NCBI RefSeq assembly: GCF_005049285.1
Contig: NZ_SOSC01000010.1
Location: 69,662-93,661 of the forward strand
DNA: 24,000 bases
Reading direction: 5' to 3'
From: Halorientalis salina
GTDB lineage: Archaea > Halobacteriota > Halobacteria > Halobacteriales > Haloarculaceae
The position numbers and the translations under genes are program-made. This document shows, in pieces, positions 14,992 through 22,627 of this stretch (position 1 is the first letter of the stretch; every line of letters begins with the position of its first letter). The notes under the pieces are model-generated. The model did not search any database, was not told where the DNA came from, and saw nothing but the letters and a program-made list of their open reading frames with translations.

Positions 14992-17208
14992 TCAATCGTC
15001 GCCTCCGGAGGGTACCGCCTGTATCTTCTCGTCGCCCGCGTCGATCTCGAAGGCGGCGAGCATCTCCTGGAGTTCTCGGGTCCGCTCGGCCAGGCTCGCC
15101 GCCGAGTCCGACACCTGGCTGATCGAGCTGCTGGCCTCCTCGGAGGCGGCGGCGACGGTCTCGGCCTGCTGGGTGGTCTCCTCGGAGACGCTGGCGATCT
15201 CGTCGACCATCCGGACGATCTGCTGGGCAGAGTCGGCCTGTTCGTCGGTGGCGTCGTTGATGCTCTTGAGGCCGCCGTCGACGCTGTCGACCCCGTCGAC
15301 GATCGCTTCGAGCGAGTCGGTCAGGTCCTCGACGGTCTCGGTCCCCTCGGTGATGCGGGACTCGGCTTCGCGGATGTCCTCGGCGCTGGCCGTCGCCCGG
15401 TCCTGGACCGACGAGATGGTCGTCTCGATCTCGTCGACCGCCCGCTGGGTCTCCTCGGAGAGTTCCTTGACCTCCTCGGCGACGACCGCGAACCCGGAGC
15501 CGGACTCGCCGGCGCGGGCGGCCTCGATGTTGGCGTTCAGCGCCAGAATCGAGGTCTGCTCGGCGATCTCGTCGATCAGACGAGTCACCTCGCTGATCTC
15601 GTCGATCTCGTCGGTGAGCCGCTCGATCGACTCGACTACGTTGCCCGTCTGTGCCTCGATGGACTGCATCTCCTCGATGGTCGCCTCGGCCTGCTCGCGG
15701 CCCTCGGCACCGAGTTCGGCCACCCTGTCGGACTGGCTGGCGACCTCGTCGGTCGTCGAGGCCACCTCCTCGATGGTCGCCGAGAGGTCGTTGACCTCGT
15801 CACCCGTCGCCTGCAGGTCCTCGGTCTGTTCCTGTGCGCCCGTCGAGATTCCCTGGATGGAGCGGCTGACCTCCTCGCTTGCCTCCTTGACCTCGCCGGC
15901 GCTGTCCTCGACGTCGTGACTCGACGCGGCGACGTCCTCGGCGAACTGCTGGACGTCGGCGACGGTCCGTTCGAGGTCGGCGATCATCTCGTTGAACGAG
16001 TCGGCGATCGACTGCATCGCATCACTGTCGGTTTCGGGGTCGAGCCGCCGGGTGAGGTCGCCGTCCGCACAGGCCGCCATCGTCTCGCTGTAGCGTTCGG
16101 CCTCGGCTTCGAGCTGCTCGTTGAACCGCTGGGTCTCGAGTTCGCGCTGTTCGGCCTCCTCGCGTGCGCGTTCGGCCTCGGCTCTCGCGTCGTCGGCTTC
16201 GGCCAGGGACTCCTTGAGCGAGTCGCGCATCGCGCCGAACTCCCCGTAGAGCATCCCGACCTCGTCGGTGCGGTCGGTCTCCAGTTCGACGTCCAGGTTC
16301 CCCTCGCCGATCTCGCTGGCCCGATCCGCGAGCTGGCGCAGCGCCAGTGCGAGGTTGCCACCGATGGTGATCCCGAACACGCCGAGGTTCAGGGCGATGA
16401 CGTACAGGAGCGCGACGAGCCCCGCCGTCGCGGTGTTCCGGTCAGTGTACACCACGTCGCTCGGCGCGTACGTCACGACCTGCCAGTTCGTGTCGGCCAC
16501 GCCCGCCCCCGTCGTCGCGAACTCGGACCCGTCGACGGTCGTCGTCTCGATGCCCTCGTCGCCGGCCAGGTCCGCCGCGCCCGTGGCGTTCCACGCCGTC
16601 GACCCGGATGCGGCCACTGGGGTTCCGTCGACCACGAGCGCCGTCGCGTAGCCGTCGTCCGCGATCCGGGACTGCAGGGACGCCGTCGAGGCGTCCACGA
16701 CGATCGCGCGGTCCGCGTCGACCGCCGCCACGAACGGCACGACCGTCGCGTCACCGCTCACGGCCGCCCGCGGCGTGCCCGCGACCGCCTCGCCGTCGCC
16801 GGCGTCACCGACCGCGACCGTCTCGCCCGTCGCGTCGCTCGCCGAACTCGACAGTATCTCGCCGCTCGTCCGGTCGACGTAGTGGACCGCGGCGACGCGA
16901 TCGGCCCCTGCCGCCCGGTCGAGTCGATCCGCGATCCGGTCGGTATCGCCGCTCTCGACGGCGCTCGACGTCGCGACGCCGGTGGCGAGTGCCTCGTTCG
17001 AGTCGGCCCACAGCGCCGTGACGTTGGCACCGTCGCTCGCGTGGTCGGTGAAGGCCGCGTCCGCCGACTGCCCGAGTTCGCCGGCAACGTTACCGTAAAA
17101 AAAGGCGGTCGAGACCAGCGTGATCAGGAAGACCACGCTGAGCGTGACCACCATCTTCAGGCTGTAGCTCGACCTGACCCGATCCAGTACGTTCGTATCG
17201 AAGTTCAT
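14992..17208 (-). CDS. membrane-bound methyl-accepting transducer (HtrII-like: TM1, ~220-aa extracellular Cache-like domain, TM2, HAMP, MCP signalling domain)
   Basis: TM1 [23 protein letters not shown] and TM2 [33 protein letters not shown] segments ([26 protein letters not shown], and [26 protein letters not shown]) and the MCP core [40 protein letters not shown]. Confidence 0.93.
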   Translation of the reverse strand: MNFDTNVLDRVRSSYSLKMVVTLSVVFLITLVSTAFFYGNVAGELGQSADAAFTDHASDGANVTALWADSNEALATGVATSSAVESGDTDRIADRLDRAAGADRVAAVHYVDRTSGEILSSSASDATGETVAVGDAGDGEAVAGTPRAAVSGDATVVPFVAAVDADRAIVVDASTASLQSRIADDGYATALVVDGTPVAASGSTAWNATGAADLAGDEGIETTTVDGSEFATTGAGVADTNWQVVTYAPSDVVYTDRNTATAGLVALLYVIALNLGVFGITIGGNLALALRQLADRASEIGEGNLDVELETDRTDEVGMLYGEFGAMRDSLKESLAEADDARAEAERAREEAEQRELETQRFNEQLEAEAERYSETMAACADGDLTRRLDPETDSDAMQSIADSFNEMIADLERTVADVQQFAEDVAASSHDVEDSAGEVKEASEEVSRSIQGISTGAQEQTEDLQATGDEVNDLSATIEEVASTTDEVASQSDRVAELGAEGREQAEATIEEMQSIEAQTGNVVESIERLTDEIDEISEVTRLIDEIAEQTSILALNANIEAARAGESGSGFAVVAEEVKELSEETQRAVDEIETTISSVQDRATASAEDIREAESRITEGTETVEDLTDSLEAIVDGVDSVDGGLKSINDATDEQADSAQQIVRMVDEIASVSEETTQQAETVAAASEEASSSISQVSDSAASLAERTRELQEMLAAFEIDAGDEKIQAVPSGGDD

Positions 17209-17335
17209 GTGTCCTCACTTCCGGGCCGCATACCCCGTGTGAATCGTACCCGAACGATGCCAGTCGTCTCGGTAAAACCTGACGGGCGGATTATTAGATC
17301 CGATAACAAACCACTTCGAGGTTGATTACGCATCG

Positions 17336-18091
17336 TCAATCACCGGCCGGGGTGTCGGCGCTCGGTGGGTGCGTTCCGTCGTCGCGGAAGTAATCGAGCG
17401 GCGTCGGGTGCTCGGCCGCGAGTTCCCGGATCGCGGTCGGCGCTCGCAGCAGGATTCCGCCGAACCCGATGTGCCCGAGCAGGTCGAGGTAGCCGCCGAC
17501 GTAGACGCCGGTGAACGTCCCGAGGAGCCCGAGGCCCTGGCGGGAGGTCAGTCCGACGACGAGGTACATCAGCATCAACAGCGCCATGAGGTTCCGGAGT
17601 TTCCCGAAGAGCAGCCGCCGGGCACCGGTCACGGCCTGGGCGGACTGGGTGTAAGGGAGGAAAAGCAGGTAGAGAGCGCTGGCGATCGATGCGAGAACCA
17701 TCAGTTTGCCGCCGCTGTCGAAGGGCACTGGAGCGAGCCAGTTTATCAGCGTCCCGGTCACGAACCCGACGAGCGCGATCATTCCAGCGAGCGTGAGCCG
17801 GCGACTGGCGTCCGCGAGTACGCCGATCGACGCGACCACGAGCGGATACGTGAACAGGTACATCAAGAACCGCGAGACGGGAACCGGTTCGCCGCCGGGA
17901 CTGTGAAGGACGAGCAGCTGGTTGGCCATCGCGAAGTAACCGATCATCAACATCCCGGATGCGAACGGTGCGAGCAGCAGGTACTGGCGCGTCGTCCCGG
18001 AGAACTGGCGGAGTCTGGCGACGAAGCCGAGTGTCGCGACGAGCGCCACGGTCGAAACCAGCAGATAGAACGTGCTCTCGGGAATGATCAT
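17336..18091 (-). CDS. bacteriorhodopsin-family (type-1 opsin fold) 7TM protein lacking the retinal-binding lysine (His at the Schiff-base position)
   Basis: Seven hydrophobic segments that align helix by helix with BR and sensory rhodopsin II. Helix C is [14 protein letters not shown] (BR: ARYADWLFTTPLLL). Helix F is [18 protein letters not shown] (BR: VLRNVTVVLWSAYPVVWL). Helix G is [17 protein letters not shown] (NpSRII: YLDLVTKVGFGFIAL; BR: LDVSAKVGFGLILLRS). Start taken at ATG 18091 ([11 protein letters not shown]). The ORF-track start at 18184 is a TTG that adds a basic 31-aa extension. Confidence 0.85.
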   Translation of the reverse strand: MIIPESTFYLLVSTVALVATLGFVARLRQFSGTTRQYLLLAPFASGMLMIGYFAMANQLLVLHSPGGEPVPVSRFLMYLFTYPLVVASIGVLADASRRLTLAGMIALVGFVTGTLINWLAPVPFDSGGKLMVLASIASALYLLFLPYTQSAQAVTGARRLLFGKLRNLMALLMLMYLVVGLTSRQGLGLLGTFTGVYVGGYLDLLGHIGFGGILLRAPTAIRELAAEHPTPLDYFRDDGTHPPSADTPAGD

Positions 18092-18190
18092 GATGCCTCC
18101 GATCGTCGGGGTCGGACGACGAGTCGCGAGCGCTGTGCGGTCGTGTCCGGCGGAGCGGTCCCAGACCCGATACTCGACATGCAAGAACGT

Positions 18191-18215
18191 TCGATTAAAC
18201 TACAGTATAAAAGTA
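18191..18215. promoter_or_regulatory. AT-rich block (tcgattaaactacagtataaaagta) in the 225-bp divergent spacer between the opsin-like gene and serS
   Basis: It contains TATA-like cores readable on both strands (GTATAAAAG on +, CTTTTATAC and GTTTAATCG on -). It lies ~100 bp from each start codon, which implies 5' leaders of about 70-90 nt if it is used. Confidence 0.35.
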
Positions 18216-18316
18216 CGCTCCCTCTTCTCATACATGATATTGCCACCCACGGACGGGACGGCGCCAACGGGCCAGAGCGACACGGTTTTGCCACGCCACG
18301 GCAAACCGACTGCCAA

Positions 18317-19696
18317 ATGATCAGCAGGCAGTTCCTCCGTGAGAACCCCGATGCCGTCCGGGACGCCCTCGAACAGAAGGGCGTCGACGACGTCGACCTG
18401 GACCGGATACTCGAACTCGACGAGGAGTGGCGCGAACTGAAAGCGCGGGGTGACGACCTGCGCCACGAGCGCAACGAGGTCAGCTCGAAGATCGGCCAGC
18501 TCAAACAGGACGGCGACGAGGAAGCCGCCCAGGACGCCATCGAGCGCTCCCAGGAGCTCAAGGACGAACTCGAGGACGTCGAGGAGACCGCCGACGGGTT
18601 GAAAGACCAGCTCGAAGACGCGATGCTGGAGCTCCCCCAGATCCCCCACGAGGACGCCCCCGTCGGCGACGACGAGAGCGACAACGTCGAGGCCTACCGC
18701 GAGGGCTTCGACGACGTCGACGTCATCGACGACGTGACGCCCCACTACGATCTGGGCGAGGAGCTGGGCATCCTGGACTTCGAACGGGGCGCGAAGGTCA
18801 CCGGCGGCGGCTTTTACTTCCTTCGCGGTGACGGCGCGCGACTCGAACACGCGCTGATCCAGTTCATGCTCGACGTGCACCGCGAGCAGGGGTACTCGGA
18901 CATCTACCCGCCGGTGCCGGTCAACAGCGCCTCGATGCGCGGGACCGGCCAGTTCCCGAAGTTCGTCGACGACGCCTACCGGGTCGGCGAGCGCAACGAG
19001 GAGCCCTACGACGACGACGACCTCTGGCTCTGCCCGACGGCGGAGGTGTCGGTCACGAACATGTACCGCGACGAGATCCTGCTGGACGGCGACCTGCCGC
19101 TGAAACACCAGGCCTTTTCCCCGAACTTCCGGCGGGAGGCCGGCGAGCACGGGACCGAAACCAGGGGCATCGTCCGCGTCCACCAGTTCAACAAGGTCGA
19201 ACTCGTCAACTTCGTCCGTCCCGAGGAGAGCTACGAGCGCCTCGACGGCCTGCTGGGCGAAGCCGAATCCGTTCTCCAGAAACTTGGCCTGCCCTACCGC
19301 GTCCTGGAGATGTGTACCGGCGACATGGGCTTCACCCAGGCCAAGAAGTACGACATCGAGGTGTGGGCCCCCGGCGACGACATGGAAGACGGTCCCGAGG
19401 CGGGCGGTCGCTGGCTCGAAGTCTCCTCGGTGTCGAACTTCGAGGACTTTCAGGCCCGACGCGCCGGCCTGCGCTACCGGCCGGAGCGCCACGAGTCCGC
19501 CGAGTACCTCCATACCCTGAACGGGTCGGGGCTTGCAGTCCCCCGGACGATGGTCGCCATCCTGGAGTACTACCAGAACGAGGACGGCACCGTCACCGTC
19601 CCCGAACCGCTCCGGCCGTACATGGGCGGCCAGGAAGTCATCGAGGGCCACGACCCGGTCGGCGAGAGCGCGCTCGGCTCCGGCGAAAAGGAATAG
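18317..19696 (+). CDS. serS: serine--tRNA ligase
   Basis: [22 protein letters not shown], an N-terminal coiled-coil arm, then class II motifs ([43 protein letters not shown]). Internal ATG of ORF 17369..19696, giving 459 aa. Confidence 0.95.
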   Translation: MISRQFLRENPDAVRDALEQKGVDDVDLDRILELDEEWRELKARGDDLRHERNEVSSKIGQLKQDGDEEAAQDAIERSQELKDELEDVEETADGLKDQLEDAMLELPQIPHEDAPVGDDESDNVEAYREGFDDVDVIDDVTPHYDLGEELGILDFERGAKVTGGGFYFLRGDGARLEHALIQFMLDVHREQGYSDIYPPVPVNSASMRGTGQFPKFVDDAYRVGERNEEPYDDDDLWLCPTAEVSVTNMYRDEILLDGDLPLKHQAFSPNFRREAGEHGTETRGIVRVHQFNKVELVNFVRPEESYERLDGLLGEAESVLQKLGLPYRVLEMCTGDMGFTQAKKYDIEVWAPGDDMEDGPEAGGRWLEVSSVSNFEDFQARRAGLRYRPERHESAEYLHTLNGSGLAVPRTMVAILEYYQNEDGTVTVPEPLRPYMGGQEVIEGHDPVGESALGSGEKE

Positions 19697-19781
19697 CGGC
19701 ACCGTCCCCTCGGCCGTCCTAACGGTCGGTGCGTGTGATACGTTCCCAAACGGATTTCCTCGCACGCGTCGTACTAGTTGC

Positions 19782-20189
19782 GTGGCTCGTATCCGACAGG
19801 CACTCAGCGACCGCTCGCAAGCCACGGACACAGACAAATCGGACCAGGGGGACGGGACCCGGTCGTCCCGAAGTGCCCTCCTGCGGAAACTTCTGATCGT
19901 TCTCGGCCTCGGCGTCGTCGTCTATCTCGTCACTCGCCGGGGGACCATCACCGACCGCGAATCGAACCCGACGGACTCGAAGTCGTCGGTGACGACCGGG
20001 TCGGCGACCGCCGAGCAAGCCGGCGAGGAGTTGCCGGGCACGGACCGTGTACCGGGAGAAATCGAGCAGCGCGGGACCGAAGACGCCCCCGAAGAACCCG
20101 CCGAGCCCGGGGAGATGCACGTCGACGAGGAGATCGTCGACGAGGTGGTCGAGGACGAACCGGACGAAGGGGACGACGACGCGGCGTGA
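19782..20189 (+). CDS. small single-pass membrane protein with an acidic C-terminal tail, hypothetical
   Basis: GTG start downstream of the serS stop, in the frame of ORF 19533..20189. One TM segment (LLRKLLIVLGLGVVVYLVTRR) and GC3-rich codons. The acidic tail (EEIVDEVVEDEPDEGDDD) is typical of haloarchaea. I recognise no family. Confidence 0.5.
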   Translation: MARIRQALSDRSQATDTDKSDQGDGTRSSRSALLRKLLIVLGLGVVVYLVTRRGTITDRESNPTDSKSSVTTGSATAEQAGEELPGTDRVPGEIEQRGTEDAPEEPAEPGEMHVDEEIVDEVVEDEPDEGDDDAA

Positions 20190-20213
20190 CCGGCACGACC
20201 TGTTTTGGCCGCC

Positions 20214-20555
20214 TCACCGCGTGTACGTCCGAATCGCCGCGACCTCGTCGCCCGTAAACGAGAACACGTCGACGAAGGAAACAATACGCTCGCCCCCGGC
20301 GTCGAGCAACCGACCCCTGACCGCGATGTCGCCCCGAGCGGTGTCGTCGGTCCGGTACACGGCGTCGACGGGGTGGCTCGTCTCCGTGTTCGGGCGCTCC
20401 TCGCGCATGAACCGGACGAACCGGTCGCTGCCCTCGATGGTCTGGTCGGGCCGGTCGTGGACGAACCCCGACGCGAGCAGGTCGGCGAGCGCCTCGTAGT
20501 CGTGCCCGTCGAGTGCCTCGTAGTACGCCCTGGCCGTCGCCTCGCGGTCTGTCAT
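20214..20555 (-). CDS. NTF2-like / SnoaL-like (ketosteroid-isomerase fold) protein
   Basis: 113 aa. MTDREATARAYYEALDGHDYEALADLLASGFVH... is the typical opening helix of SnoaL/NTF2-like proteins, and the length fits. Confidence 0.7.
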   Translation of the reverse strand: MTDREATARAYYEALDGHDYEALADLLASGFVHDRPDQTIEGSDRFVRFMREERPNTETSHPVDAVYRTDDTARGDIAVRGRLLDAGGERIVSFVDVFSFTGDEVAAIRTYTR

Positions 20556-20598
20556 GCGACCGCGTACGCGGCGACGGACCGAGAAACCGGTGGTCTCG

Positions 20599-21867
20599 TC
20601 ACTCGTTCGGATCTTTCAGGTCCAGTTCGATGTCCTCGTCGTCCTCGTCGTTGCGCTCCGCGTCGTCGCCATCGTCTCCGACACGCTCCTCGGCGGCGTC
20701 CTCGGAACCGACAGCCTCGGTCCCGTCCCGGTCGTCTTCGTCACCGTCGAGATCGAACTCGACGCCGTCGGGAACTGTTGGCTCCGTCGCGTCCGCCGGC
20801 TCCGTCGCGTCCGCCGGCTCCGTCTTGTCCCCGTCGACGGCCACGTCCCGGACCGCAGCGTCGACGTCCTCGTCGGTCTTGGGTTCGCCCGTGGCGTCCC
20901 GACCTGGTTCCGAGGTCGTCTCGTCGTCGGCGGGGTCGGTTGGCGCGTCGAGGTCGTCGCCGTCGTCGCCCGCGGCGCTCGCCGCTGTGGCCGCGTCGGC
21001 ATCGAGAGAGATGTCGTCCGGGTCCGGCGGTTCCCCGATGTCGCGGGCGGTCTCCAGCGGCGATTCGGCGTCCTGCCGGTAGTTGTCGGCCTCCTCGCCG
21101 TTCCCGCTGGCGTACTGGTTGGCCGACTCGGCCAGCCACTCGGCGGCCTGCCACAGCGACGTGGTCTTCTCCTGGGCGCGCTCGAATCCGGCTTCGAGCG
21201 GACCGGACTCGGCGAAGCGGACGGCACTCTGGAACCGGTCGGCCGACTCCCGGAACTCGTCCATCGCGCGCTCGAAATCGCCCTGGGCGATGAGCCAGTC
21301 GCGGTCCTCGTAGCTCCCCATCGCGCTCGTGAAGGCCCGTCGGCCCTCCATGTAGTGGGCGTGGCCGACCCGATAGCGGCCGACGGCCGTCGAGTCGCCC
21401 CCGATGTCGGCGGCGGCCTCGCGCACGTCGTCGACGGGGGGCCGCTCCTCCAGGTCGGTCGTCGACCAGGCGTACTGGACGACCCCGCGCTGGTCGACGA
21501 CGAAGACGGCTCGCTCGGCGAGCAACTGATCGCTGGCGTCGTATTCGACGTCGTACGCCCCCATCGCCTCGCCGCGGGTGTCCGAGAGGAGCGGGAGCGA
21601 CAGGGAGTACTCCTCGGCGAAGGCCCGGTGGCTGAACACGCTGTCGGGCCCCACGGCGAAGACGTCGACGTCTTGCTGCATCGTAAAGAGGTCCAGTTCC
21701 GTCAGGTCGCAGGCGTCCTCGCCGCAGGCCGGGTTGAAATCAGCCGGGTAGAACGCGAGGACGAGGATGCCGTCCCCGACGTAGTCGGAGAGGTCGACGT
21801 CGCGCGGTGCTCCGTCGACGACGCCCGGCAGGGTAAACGTCGGCGCGTCCGACCCTTCGGATAGCAC
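20599..21867 (-). CDS. Bcp/PrxQ-type peroxiredoxin fused to a helical domain and a long acidic disordered tail
   Basis: N-terminal thioredoxin-fold domain with FYPADFNPACGEDAC (C-x4-C as in Bcp/PrxQ). A ~100-aa helical segment follows (GRYRVGHAHYMEGRRAF...WQAAEWLAESANQY), then ~170 aa of Asp/Glu-rich sequence. GTG start at 21867, with a TATA-like element 27 bp upstream. Confidence 0.85.
   Translation of the reverse strand: MLSEGSDAPTFTLPGVVDGAPRDVDLSDYVGDGILVLAFYPADFNPACGEDACDLTELDLFTMQQDVDVFAVGPDSVFSHRAFAEEYSLSLPLLSDTRGEAMGAYDVEYDASDQLLAERAVFVVDQRGVVQYAWSTTDLEERPPVDDVREAAADIGGDSTAVGRYRVGHAHYMEGRRAFTSAMGSYEDRDWLIAQGDFERAMDEFRESADRFQSAVRFAESGPLEAGFERAQEKTTSLWQAAEWLAESANQYASGNGEEADNYRQDAESPLETARDIGEPPDPDDISLDADAATAASAAGDDGDDLDAPTDPADDETTSEPGRDATGEPKTDEDVDAAVRDVAVDGDKTEPADATEPADATEPTVPDGVEFDLDGDEDDRDGTEAVGSEDAAEERVGDDGDDAERNDEDDEDIELDLKDPNE
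20780..20824. repeat. 18-bp tandem repeat, 2.5 copies (ggctccgtcgcgtccgcc), encoding TEPADA-TEPADA-TEP on the minus strand
   Basis: Read directly. It lies inside the acidic tail of the peroxiredoxin fusion. Confidence 0.85.
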
Positions 21868-21890
21868 ACGTATACCTCGATTGGAAGTGA

Positions 21891-21897
21891 CTTAAAG
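21891..21897. promoter_or_regulatory. single near-palindromic TATA-like element CTTAAAG (CTTTAAG on the other strand) midway between two divergent start codons
   Basis: Its centre (~21894) is 27 bp from the minus-strand GTG at 21867 and 26 bp from the plus-strand ATG at 21920. It is the only AT-rich element in the spacer between these starts (49-52 bp depending on whether tsr3 starts at GTG 21917 or ATG 21920). Confidence 0.5.
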
Positions 21898-21919
21898 GCT
21901 GACAGCGTTTGGGCTGGTG

Positions 21920-22438
21920 ATGGGCACGTACGGCCTGCACGTCCGCTACGAAGGCGACGACGACCCGAAGAAATGCAGCGCCCGCAAACTCGCCCGCTTC
22001 GATCTCGCGGAACTGCACAACTCCACGCGAGCGACGCCGCCGGGCATCGTCCTCAACCCCTTCGCCGAGCAGGCGCTCTCACCCGCCGACGGCGTCGGGT
22101 CGGGCGCGCGCCACGACCGCCTCGTCGCCCTCGATTGCTCCTGGGAGACCGCCGAGCGGGAGGCCTTCGACCTCGACGGCATCCACCGCTCGCTCCCCTT
22201 CCTCGTCGCCGGGAACCCCGTCAACTACGGGACGGCCTTCCAGTTGAACACCGTCGAGGCCTTCGCCGGGGCGCTGTGTATCCTGGGCGAGCGCGACCAC
22301 GCCGAGGAGATCCTCTCGAAGTTCACCTGGGGCCACACCTTCCTCGAACTCAACGAGGAACCGCTCGCCCGGTACGCCGAGTGTGCCGACTCCTCGGCGG
22401 TCGTCGCCGTGCAGGACGATTACCTGGCCGAGGAGTAA
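21920..22438 (+). CDS. tsr3: rRNA aminocarboxypropyltransferase Tsr3 (DUF367 family)
   Basis: [14 protein letters not shown]..., [22 protein letters not shown] and [15 protein letters not shown] match the conserved Tsr3 ribosome-biogenesis family. GTG 21917 is an alternative start. Confidence 0.85.
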   Translation: MGTYGLHVRYEGDDDPKKCSARKLARFDLAELHNSTRATPPGIVLNPFAEQALSPADGVGSGARHDRLVALDCSWETAEREAFDLDGIHRSLPFLVAGNPVNYGTAFQLNTVEAFAGALCILGERDHAEEILSKFTWGHTFLELNEEPLARYAECADSSAVVAVQDDYLAEE

Positions 22439-22627
22439 GGCCGCCGTCCGGGGGCGCGAGTCGGGATTTCTCGACCCCCAGGCCGACAGTCGGAGAACCC
22501 ACAACGAATAGTGTCGGCAGTGTGTACCCCGCCGTATGATCACACGCCGATCCACTGTGAGAGAGCCGGCGAGCCCGGTCGCAGACGGGAGTCCGACCGC
22601 CACGCGCGAACCCCGGAGGGCGTCGGG

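Noticed and set aside
18092-18184. A TTG-initiated 31-aa extension of the opsin-like protein ([31 protein letters not shown]).
   Set aside because: The extension is basic, non-hydrophobic and initiated by a rare TTG. Helix A begins right after ATG 18091 with a PE motif, as in BR. This is kept only as an alternative start, because TATA-like sequence near 18194-18213 could place a transcript start close to 18184.
17369-18316. The ORF track extends serS to 775 aa by adding ~316 N-terminal residues.
   Set aside because: The extension is antisense to the opsin-like gene, is Arg/Glu/Gln-rich and has no family features. SerS homology begins at [14 protein letters not shown] (ATG 18317).
20599-21867. 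The peroxiredoxin active site FNPACGEDAC first looked aberrant compared with the FTFVCPTE motif of typical 2-Cys Prx.
   Set aside because: The C-x4-C arrangement after FYPxD is the normal Bcp/PrxQ-subfamily active site, so it is not an anomaly.
22439-22627. A 190-nt untranslated gap upstream of the CNNM/CorC-type transporter gene. I considered a possible cis-regulatory RNA such as a metal-sensing leader.
   Set aside because: I could identify only weak 4-6-bp stems (for example GTCG...CGAC near 22460-22478) and no motif resembling a known riboswitch class. The alternative GTG start at 22511 would shorten the gap. The evidence is insufficient without covariation analysis.
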